DNA of 32,000 nucleotides, taken from the NCBI RefSeq assembly GCF_001644705.1, contig NZ_CP015137.1, forward strand, positions 600,001 through 632,000, read 5' to 3'. The DNA comes from Dickeya solani IPO 2222 (lineage in GTDB: Bacteria; Pseudomonadota; Gammaproteobacteria; Enterobacterales; Enterobacteriaceae). Numbering within the stretch: position 1 is the first letter of the stretch; each line of letters starts with the position of its first letter. The translations under genes and the position numbers were made by a program. This document shows, one piece after another, positions 19,144 through 26,244 of this stretch. The notes beneath the pieces were generated by a model. That model saw only the letters and a program-made list of their open reading frames with translations, ran no database searches and had not been told where the DNA came from.

Positions 19144-19796
19144 AGATATCCTTTTTCCTGCAGCAGGTCGGTATACCAGGAGGCATCGCCCGCTGCGATT
19201 TGTTGTTTAACCTGCTCTTCTTTCTCAGCATGTTTGGCGGCAAGTGATACCAGCGCCGCTTTAAATTCATAGGCAAAGCAGACAATGCCATCTTCGTCGC
19301 CAACGATAATATCGCCCGGCGCAATGACCTGACCGCCCACACAGACCGGCGTATTGATTTCACCCGGTCCATTTTTAAATGGGCCTTTATGGATAATACT
19401 TCGCGCATAGCAAGGCGTATTTTCAAAGCTGGCCGCATCACGAATTGCGCCATCGACAATAAAGCCTACGCAACCCCGTCGCACGCAATCCAGTTTTATT
19501 AATTCGCCGATGACAGCATTATTTTCATCGCCCTGAGCATCAATCACCAGAACATGTCCGGGCTGAATCATGGTCATGGCTTTATAGACCAGCAAATTGT
19601 CGCCACCACGCACCTTCACGGTTAATGCCGTACCGATAAGTTTGCCGGTTTTATTTATCCGCTGGAGTCCTTTCACGCCGATATTACGCGACATGTTATC
19701 GCTGAGATGAGGGGTCACCACATACGTAAAAGCGTCACGTTCATCCGCACTCATCGGGGGGACGGCTGGATTAACAATACTGCCGGGATTCGCCAT
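19140..19796 (-). CDS. RraA-family protein; class II 4-hydroxy-2-oxoacid aldolase / oxaloacetate decarboxylase type (HMG/CHA aldolase-like)
   Basis: Contains VRGGDNLLVYKAMTMIQPGHVLVIDAQGDENNAVIGELI...GFIVDGAIRD...GDIIVGDEDGIVC, the RraA/aldolase fold signature. I take the ATG at 19796 as the start (MANPGS...); the ORF-track TTG at 19814 is the alternative. Confidence 0.75.
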   Translation of the reverse strand: MANPGSIVNPAVPPMSADERDAFTYVVTPHLSDNMSRNIGVKGLQRINKTGKLIGTALTVKVRGGDNLLVYKAMTMIQPGHVLVIDAQGDENNAVIGELIKLDCVRRGCVGFIVDGAIRDAASFENTPCYARSIIHKGPFKNGPGEINTPVCVGGQVIAPGDIIVGDEDGIVCFAYEFKAALVSLAAKHAEKEEQVKQQIAAGDASWYTDLLQEKGYL

Positions 19797-19920
19797 ACTT
19801 TTCTCTAATATCAAATGGTTATTAAATAGCGCTCATCACTGAACCTGTTCAATTCATCCCGATATTAATCGTAGATTTTCACCATTTTTAGCGATATTTT
19901 AACATGAAACATCATCACTT

Positions 19921-19934
19921 TTTTTCATGAAAAA
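19921..19934. promoter_or_regulatory. Perfect 14-bp palindrome TTTTTCATGAAAAA upstream of LysR-2
   Basis: Read directly from the sequence. It ends 8 nt before the LysR-2 ATG, inside the 128-bp divergent control region shared with the aldolase operon. Confidence 0.3.
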
Positions 19935-19942
19935 GAGCCTCA

Positions 19943-20842
19943 ATGATCACATTTAAACAGATGGACGCACTGATTTGGATTGTCAACATGGGCAGTTTCG
20001 AAGCGGCGGCGAGCAAGTTAAACATGTCACAATCCGCTATTTCCAAACGCATTCATGAAATTGAGGAGGCGTTTGATATCGAGATATTTGACCGCAAAAG
20101 CAGGAATGCCCGTCTGACGCATAAAGGCCGGGAACTGCTGGATTATTGCCAGGATATCGTCACCCGCCGTGATGCCATGCTGGAACGAATCAGTAATAAG
20201 AAAATCTTATTTAGCAATCTGCGACTTGGGGTAACGGAATTAACCGCGATGACATGGCTTCCGGGGCTTATTGAGAATATTCGGGCGGACTATCCCAAGG
20301 TACAGATTCACCCGACGATCGATGTCAGCTTTAACCTGTTTAACCAGCTCAATAATGACTTGCTGGATATTATTATCGTTCCTGATATCTATAACGATAC
20401 CCGGTTTATCAATACGCCATTAAAAAGCGTGGAGAATGCCTGGATGTGCTCTCCAACGCTGATACCGCCGCATAAAGAGCTGAGCCTTAGCGACATTGCA
20501 AACTATTCATTTCTGACACAGGGCACGCAATCCGGAACGGGGCTGATTTATGAACGCTACTTTGCCAGCCGCAATCTGGTATTAAATAAAACCATTGTTT
20601 GCAGTAACCTCATCGCCCAGGTTGGGTTGGCCATTGCCGGGCTGGGCATCACCTATCTCCCCGCCCGTGCTCTGCATCATTTGATTACCCAGGGGAAACT
20701 TGGCGTTATCAAATTGAAACCCGCCCCGCCGCTTGTACGTTATGCCGTCATGTACCGTGCCGACCGGAATGTGGGTCTGATGCCGGATATTGCCAACATC
20801 GCCGCCAGTAACTGTAATTTTGATCATTTCCAGTTGTCCTGA
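19943..20842 (+). CDS. LysR-family transcriptional regulator (paralogue 2, 299 aa)
   Basis: wHTH FKQMDALIWIVNMGSFEAAASKLNMSQSAISKRIHEIEEAFDIEIFDR. It shares GVTELTAMTWLP and collinear blocks with the LysR at 14151..15050. Confidence 0.85.
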   Translation: MITFKQMDALIWIVNMGSFEAAASKLNMSQSAISKRIHEIEEAFDIEIFDRKSRNARLTHKGRELLDYCQDIVTRRDAMLERISNKKILFSNLRLGVTELTAMTWLPGLIENIRADYPKVQIHPTIDVSFNLFNQLNNDLLDIIIVPDIYNDTRFINTPLKSVENAWMCSPTLIPPHKELSLSDIANYSFLTQGTQSGTGLIYERYFASRNLVLNKTIVCSNLIAQVGLAIAGLGITYLPARALHHLITQGKLGVIKLKPAPPLVRYAVMYRADRNVGLMPDIANIAASNCNFDHFQLS

Positions 20843-20852
20843 CAGCGGGATA

Positions 20853-21926
20853 CTACTGGCTCAACCGGTGCGCAATCAACCGCAGTTCTTCGGCGATTTG
20901 CTGCAAATCGCGCTGTGCATCAATGCGGGGGCCGGTGGAATTGCGGATCACCAGCCTGGCCGGCAGGATGGACGACGATCGCTGCACATCGCTGTCGTTG
21001 GCATTCAGCAGACGGTGCACCGCTTCCTTGCCCTGCAGGTCGAGGTCCAGCGAGACGGTGGTCAGCGCCGGATGGAAAAACGAACTTTCATACGTACCAT
21101 CGTAACCAATCACCGATTTCTGGCCGGGAATGGTCAGCTGATTCTGATGAAACGCACTTAATACGCCGAGCGCCATCTGATCGTTAGCGACCAGTACCGC
21201 GCTGAACTGCGGCGTTTCGCGCAGCATCTGCAGTGCGCCGGCGTAGCCGCTTTGCGCATCCCAGTTGCCGTGAATCACCGTTATCGGCGTCAGGCCGTAC
21301 CCATCCAGGGTTTCCAGCCAGTTTTTCAGTCTCAACCGCGCTGAAACCGAACCGGCCGGCCCCGCCAGCAAAGCGAAGTCGCGGTGCCCCAGTTCATACA
21401 GATACTTCACGCTGGCTCGCGTGCCGTCCGCCGGATTAAAAGAGACGTTGAACACCGAACTGTAGGGGTCAACGTCCAGAAACAGGCACAGAATATCGTC
21501 ATTATCGGCGGCAATACGCTCCGCCTCTTCCGTCTCCAGCGGCACGTTGATGATAACCTTATCAACCCGCTGTGACTTGAGTTCGTTGATAGAATCCTGA
21601 ATGCCATGATTGACGTTCTCATCAATCATGGAAATCAGCACCTGATAACCTTCCGTATTTGCGTATCTTTTCACCGCCGCCGCCACTTGCGAAGGCGCGT
21701 GTAATGCCAGCGACGTCGTCACCAGCCCTATCGTCATGCTCTGCTTACCCACCAGTTGCTGGGCCAGCCGATTGGGAACATAACGCAACAGCTCGATGGA
21801 CTGCTCTACCTTGCGGCGCGTGGACTCGGAGACATTCGCAGATTTATTCAATACCCGCGATACCGTCTGATAAGAAACGCCCGCGTGGCGGGCAACATCT
21901 TCTAACGTAGCGCTTTTCGACTTCAT
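20853..21926 (-). CDS. ganR: LacI-family repressor of the galactan locus
   Basis: ATLEDVARHAGVSYQTVSRVLNKSANVSESTRRKVEQSIELLRYVPNRLAQQLVGKQS is near-collinear with remembered E. coli LacI, including the recognition helix YQTVSRV. It also has LVANDQMALG and VIGYD motifs, and it is adjacent to the gan genes. Confidence 0.85.
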   Translation of the reverse strand: MKSKSATLEDVARHAGVSYQTVSRVLNKSANVSESTRRKVEQSIELLRYVPNRLAQQLVGKQSMTIGLVTTSLALHAPSQVAAAVKRYANTEGYQVLISMIDENVNHGIQDSINELKSQRVDKVIINVPLETEEAERIAADNDDILCLFLDVDPYSSVFNVSFNPADGTRASVKYLYELGHRDFALLAGPAGSVSARLRLKNWLETLDGYGLTPITVIHGNWDAQSGYAGALQMLRETPQFSAVLVANDQMALGVLSAFHQNQLTIPGQKSVIGYDGTYESSFFHPALTTVSLDLDLQGKEAVHRLLNANDSDVQRSSSILPARLVIRNSTGPRIDAQRDLQQIAEELRLIAHRLSQ

Positions 21927-22021
21927 GGTCGGGTTTCCCGTCGTGGTTTTACCGGGATTGTAACAGCTGCCCCAGCGAAAAAACCATGTTCTGAACCCTA
22001 TTCAGGCCAATTTATATGCAA

Positions 22022-22036
22022 GTATTACGTTCACAT
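22022..22036. promoter_or_regulatory. Candidate distal GanR operator (inverted copy of the 22160-22174 site)
   Basis: GTATTACGTTCACAT is the exact reverse complement of ATGTGAACGTAATAC at 22160-22174. It contains a TGTGAAC half-site resembling the lac operator half-site TGTGAGC. Confidence 0.4.
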
Positions 22037-22159
22037 ATCAAAAACCCGTGATGGGCATCACCAATCATTACAAAACAAAATGATTTATTTGCATTAAATC
22101 ACAATAAAACAACGAATCCGTTGCTCAGTTTTACGCTTAGGCATTTTATTGATCGCGTA

Positions 22160-22174
22160 ATGTGAACGTAATAC
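22160..22174. promoter_or_regulatory. Candidate proximal GanR operator in the ganL leader/promoter
   Basis: ATGTGAACGTAATAC. The GTG-N9-CA spacing is the same as in lac O1. It lies 20 nt upstream of the ganL ATG and downstream of a possible TTGCTC-N17-TTTTAT promoter (22121-22149). Confidence 0.4.
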
Positions 22175-22193
22175 ATAACAACAAGAGGCCATC

Positions 22194-23465
22194 ATGAACA
22201 CCAAACTCCTTACTCTCTCTACCGCTCTCACCGCCATACTGACCTCGCCGGCATTACTGGCGGCAGAGGCAACCACCGTCCCCATTGATTTTCACGGCTA
22301 TCTGCGCGGCGGCGTAGGGGTGTCCAATGATGGCGGCATGTCGCAATGGCAAAAAAACAAAGTGGGCCGTCTGGGTAACGAAAACGATACCTATGGCGAA
22401 GTGGAACTGGGCTCGGAGGTGTACAAAAAGAACGACGTCAGTTTCTATGTCGACAGCATGGTCAGCATGGTGTCGGATGGCTCCAACGATAACGAAACCA
22501 CCATTGGCGATGACGCCCAGTTCGGCCTGCGCCAGTTGAATCTGCAAATCAAGGGGCTGGTCCCCGGCGACCCTAACGCCATGATTTGGGGCGGTAAACG
22601 CTACTACCAGCGTCACGATCTGCACATTATCGATACCAAATACTGGAATATATCCGGCTCCGGCGCCGGGATTGAAAACTATACCCTCGGCCCCGGCGCG
22701 CTCTCCGTCGCCTGGATCCGCGGCGACGCCAACGCGGTTGACGACCGCATCAACGGCAACAGCAACGTCAACATCAACTATGCCGATATCCGCTATGCCG
22801 GGCTGAAACCCTGGAAAGGCGCCTGGACGGAATTCGGCATCGACTACGCCATGCCGAACACCACCAAAAAACAGAAAGACTTCGGCGGCCTGTATGACGC
22901 GGACAACGGCGTGATGCTGACCGGCGAAATCAGTCAGGACATGCTGGGCGGTTACAACAAGGTGGTGCTGCAATACGCCAATAAAGGGCTGGCGCAAAAC
23001 ATGGTGTCGCAAGGCGGCGGCTGGTATGACATGTGGAATCAGGTTAACAGCGCCACCGGCTATCGCGCCATCAACACCGGTCTGATTCCGCTCACCAGCC
23101 GGTTGTCGTTTAACCATGTGTTGACCTGGGGTTCGGCTAACCACATCAATGAAGCAACCGACACCACCCGGCTACTGTCGCTGGTAGGGCGTCTGCAATA
23201 CCAGTTTACCGATTATGTGCGCGGTATCGGCGAAGTGGGTGCATTCACCCAGAAAGACAACTTCAAAAACGGCACCTCGTTTAAACAAAGCGGCGAGAAA
23301 TACACGCTGGCACTGGCGCTGGCGGCCGGCCCGGCATTTATGTCACGCCCGGAATTGCGCCTCTACACCTCTTATCTGAACGACAGTCAGGACGGCAAGC
23401 CATTCAAGGACGGCACCGCCAATAACACCTGGAACGTTGGCGTACAGGTTGAGGCCTGGTGGTGA
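22194..23465 (+). CDS. ganL: Maltoporin (LamB)-family oligogalactan porin
   Basis: Signal peptide MNTKLLTLSTALTAILTSPALLAAEA, LamB-type start IDFHGYLRGGVG, a beta-barrel-like alternating sequence, and the C-terminal WNVGVQVEAWW. AAGAGG RBS. Confidence 0.85.
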   Translation: MNTKLLTLSTALTAILTSPALLAAEATTVPIDFHGYLRGGVGVSNDGGMSQWQKNKVGRLGNENDTYGEVELGSEVYKKNDVSFYVDSMVSMVSDGSNDNETTIGDDAQFGLRQLNLQIKGLVPGDPNAMIWGGKRYYQRHDLHIIDTKYWNISGSGAGIENYTLGPGALSVAWIRGDANAVDDRINGNSNVNINYADIRYAGLKPWKGAWTEFGIDYAMPNTTKKQKDFGGLYDADNGVMLTGEISQDMLGGYNKVVLQYANKGLAQNMVSQGGGWYDMWNQVNSATGYRAINTGLIPLTSRLSFNHVLTWGSANHINEATDTTRLLSLVGRLQYQFTDYVRGIGEVGAFTQKDNFKNGTSFKQSGEKYTLALALAAGPAFMSRPELRLYTSYLNDSQDGKPFKDGTANNTWNVGVQVEAWW

Positions 23466-23548
23466 TCGACGCGATATACGGAATACCCTGTTCTCCGGAG
23501 GTTGTTTTCATCATTATTATCTGAGTTATTGACGCTGTTGTTTTTTTT

Positions 23549-23581
23549 GAGGATAACCAGCCGGGTTATCCTCTTTTTTTT
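23549..23581 (+). terminator. Rho-independent terminator after ganL
   Basis: GAGGATAACC (23549-23558) pairs with GGTTATCCTC (23563-23572), with a 4-nt loop, followed by a run of nine T. Confidence 0.75.
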
Positions 23582-23626
23582 ATTTATCCATATATTATTT
23601 ATTATCCTGCCGTTATTGACGAGCTA

Positions 23627-23941
23627 TTATTCCGGGCGGGAAAAATGGTCCTCTAATAATTTGCGTAACGTATCTGACTGTTTACCGAATATGGCATGAA
23701 CCTGCTGCCCAAGAATAATCACGCCCAGCGCACCTTCCTGCTGTAACCCTTGCGAGTCAACCAAGCTCAGGTTTTTTACCGTCACACGCAGCCGGGTAAT
23801 ACAGGCATCGACCTGTTCGATATTATCCCACCCGCCAAACCACCGCAGCAGACGCTGAATCTGCTGTTTGTCGTCGTCGCTTAATTCAGGCGTCGGCTTC
23901 GGATGAGAGAAATAGCGCATAACAGAATGCAGACTTACCAT
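23627..23941 (-). CDS. Stand-alone PTS EIIB(Glc)-like domain protein (104 aa), last gene of the gan operon
   Basis: [59 protein letters not shown] is collinear with the remembered PtsG IIB domain ([20 protein letters not shown]...GVQAIFGTKSDNL). The phospho-Cys is conserved. The ATG at 23941 sits 7 nt after GAGGAG, and the ORF-track extension is Arg-rich junk. Confidence 0.75.
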   Translation of the reverse strand: [104 protein letters not shown]

Positions 23942-24053
23942 GATCACACTCCTCTGAAGGCATCGTACACGACGACGCCCGCCGGCGCGGCGGGTCATCG
24001 CTCAAGAGAAAACGCCCATGCCGGCATCGGCGATGGGCGCAGGCTGAACGCCG

Positions 24054-26111
24054 TCAGACCAGACGGCGGCGAATCACCCGGCAATCCCAGGCGGAAAGGA
24101 CAACGTCCACCAGCGGCAACCCGGTCAGCATATCGCTATGCCCGGCGGGCAGTTGGATTGGCTGCGGCAGCGCGCTGTAGTTTTCGATGAAGATAAACTC
24201 TTCGTCGCCGTTGGTACGGCGATGGGCCGTTACCGCCGGCGGCAGCGGGATATCCAACGCCCGCGGCAGAGCCAGCTCACGGATGATGGCGGCAAAGAAA
24301 TCGCGCTGGAACGCCAGATCGTTACGCGAAGTCACGTACCAGGCCTTCCCTGCGCCGACGCGGTTTACCGTCACCGCCGGCCGGCCGGCGTAGAAATCGT
24401 CACAGTAGCTGGCGAGCGCCGTCGCGCCTTCAAGGTGGATCAACTCGCACAGGTGGCGCGCCTGATACGGCCCTTTCAGCCCGATGTCATTGTCCGCCAG
24501 CCCCAGTACCCGGTTGTATTCACCGTCGGCCAGACAGTCGATCTCTTCTGACCAAATCCCCAGCACTGAACGCAGCGGACCGGGAAATCCGCCCTGATAA
24601 CACAGGTCGCTTTCATTAACGATACCGCTCCAGTAGGTCACCACCACCTGCCCGCCTTGCCGCACAAACTGCTCGACACGCTCGGCAAAACCCGGGCGCA
24701 CCATGTACAGCATCGGCGCAATCAACAACCGGTAGCCGCTGAAATCGCAGTCGGCGTTGATGATGTCCGCCGCGATCCCCTGTTCCCAGAACGGGCGGTA
24801 ATGTTCCGCCACGGTTTTTTCGTACTCCAGCCCGGCATTGCGCGGCCCCTGCGCGTCATCCATCGCCCAGCGGCTTTCCCAGTCAAACAGGATAGCCACC
24901 TGCGCCTCTACCCGGCTGCCCGCCACCGCACCCAACTGCGACAAAATCTGACCGAGCTGCGCCACTTCGCGGCCGACGCGAGTATCGACATGGCCGACAT
25001 GATCCACCACCGCGCCGTGGAATTTCTCCACCGAGCCGCGGCTCTTACGCCACTGGAAATACTGCACCGCATCCGCGCCGTGCGCCACCGCCTGTAGCGA
25101 GGAGAGAATATGCATGCCCGGCTTCTTGAGCTTGCTGAGCGGCTGCCAGTTGGTGACGCTGGGGGTCGACTCCATCAGCACAAACGGTTTGCCCTGCTTG
25201 AGCGAGCGCATCAGGTCATGGAACATCGCGATATAACAGGCCAGCGTGGCGTCGTCCTTGTCGCGGTGCCACATCGGGTAGCTGTCCCAGGAGATGAAGT
25301 CCAGCACGCGCGACAGCTGCCAGTAATCGTAATCATAGAAATACTCCATGAAATTGGTGGTGACCGGGATAGCCGGGTTCACCCGCTTCAGCGGGGCGAT
25401 TTCCTGCGTGCAGAAATCGGTCGCCTGCGCGGTATTAAAGCGTCTCCAGTCGAGGTTCAAGCCGTGAATGGACACTTCCCCCTGCGGCGCCGGCGATTCA
25501 ATCTGCGACCAGTCGCTGTAGGTATGACTCCAGAAATCGCTCCACCAGGCATGATTGAGGTTGTCCAGCGTCTGATAGCGTGCCTGCAGCCAGGTGCGGA
25601 ACGCCTGCTGACAGCGATCGCAATGGCACTCGCCGCTGTATTCATTGGAAATATGCCAGCCGATCACCGCGGGGTGATGCCCGTAGCGCTCTGCCAGCAG
25701 CGTATTGATTTTCGCTACTTTATCGCGGTACACCGGCGACGACAGACAGTGGTTATGGCGACCGCCGTGCAGCGCCGGCACCCGGTCGCGCCCTACGCGC
25801 AGCACTTCCGGATAACGTTGCGACATCCATGCCGGACGCGCGCCGCTGGGCGTAGCCAGAAACACCGCAATGCCCTGCCGATATAATTTATCAATCACCT
25901 CATCCAGCCAGTCGAACCGATACACGCCTTCCTGCGGCTCCAGTTTGGCCCAGCTGAAAATACTGACCGACATCACATTGCATTTTACCTGCTTCATCAT
26001 GGCGATATCGTCATCAATAATGCCGGGGTAATTCTCCCATTGCTCCGGATTATAATCAGCGCCATGTAATAACCCATCGACCTTCGGATTCAAAGGTGGA
26101 AATCGTTTCAT
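24054..26111 (-). CDS. ganB: GH42 cytoplasmic beta-galactosidase / exo-beta-1,4-galactanase
   Basis: The 685-aa protein begins LHGADYNPEQWENYPGIIDDDIAMMKQVKCNVMSVSIFSWAKLEPQEGVYRFDWLD, typical of GH42. It has the acid/base NEY (WHISNEYSGEC) and a Cys cluster (CHCDRC). No signal peptide. Confidence 0.9.
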   Translation of the reverse strand: MKRFPPLNPKVDGLLHGADYNPEQWENYPGIIDDDIAMMKQVKCNVMSVSIFSWAKLEPQEGVYRFDWLDEVIDKLYRQGIAVFLATPSGARPAWMSQRYPEVLRVGRDRVPALHGGRHNHCLSSPVYRDKVAKINTLLAERYGHHPAVIGWHISNEYSGECHCDRCQQAFRTWLQARYQTLDNLNHAWWSDFWSHTYSDWSQIESPAPQGEVSIHGLNLDWRRFNTAQATDFCTQEIAPLKRVNPAIPVTTNFMEYFYDYDYWQLSRVLDFISWDSYPMWHRDKDDATLACYIAMFHDLMRSLKQGKPFVLMESTPSVTNWQPLSKLKKPGMHILSSLQAVAHGADAVQYFQWRKSRGSVEKFHGAVVDHVGHVDTRVGREVAQLGQILSQLGAVAGSRVEAQVAILFDWESRWAMDDAQGPRNAGLEYEKTVAEHYRPFWEQGIAADIINADCDFSGYRLLIAPMLYMVRPGFAERVEQFVRQGGQVVVTYWSGIVNESDLCYQGGFPGPLRSVLGIWSEEIDCLADGEYNRVLGLADNDIGLKGPYQARHLCELIHLEGATALASYCDDFYAGRPAVTVNRVGAGKAWYVTSRNDLAFQRDFFAAIIRELALPRALDIPLPPAVTAHRRTNGDEEFIFIENYSALPQPIQLPAGHSDMLTGLPLVDVVLSAWDCRVIRRRLV

Positions 26112-26244
26112 AAAACATCCTTAATACTGAATAGGCAGACGGTATATTCCCTGTATTTCGATATGCAGGCAGACGGCAACCACATCATTCCCCAACAATA
26201 AGCCGGGGCCGCCAACGCGCCTGCACATGAAGTATGACGGGTAT

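Noticed and set aside
20843-20852. Only 10 bp and no hairpin between the convergent LysR-2 and ganR stops
   Set aside because: This may allow convergent read-through, but nothing in the sequence itself shows it matters. It is not reported as a feature.
22254-23144. 296-aa antisense ORF inside ganL, plus similar long antisense ORFs at 28675..29739, 29795..31024, 25110..25886, 26329..27015, 15682..16242, 18262..18888, 8375..8872 and 10486..11067
   Set aside because: These are typical stop-poor shadow frames opposite well-supported genes in GC-rich coding DNA. Their translations are Arg/Gly/Pro/His-rich with no domain signatures or RBS.
26133-26176. 10-bp direct repeat AGGCAGACGG (26133-26142 and 26167-26176) in the ganA-ganB intergenic region
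   Set aside because: The match is short and only modestly unlikely by chance in a 133-bp gap. There is no dyad symmetry and no similarity to the other gan control elements. I noted it but did not consider it strong enough to call.
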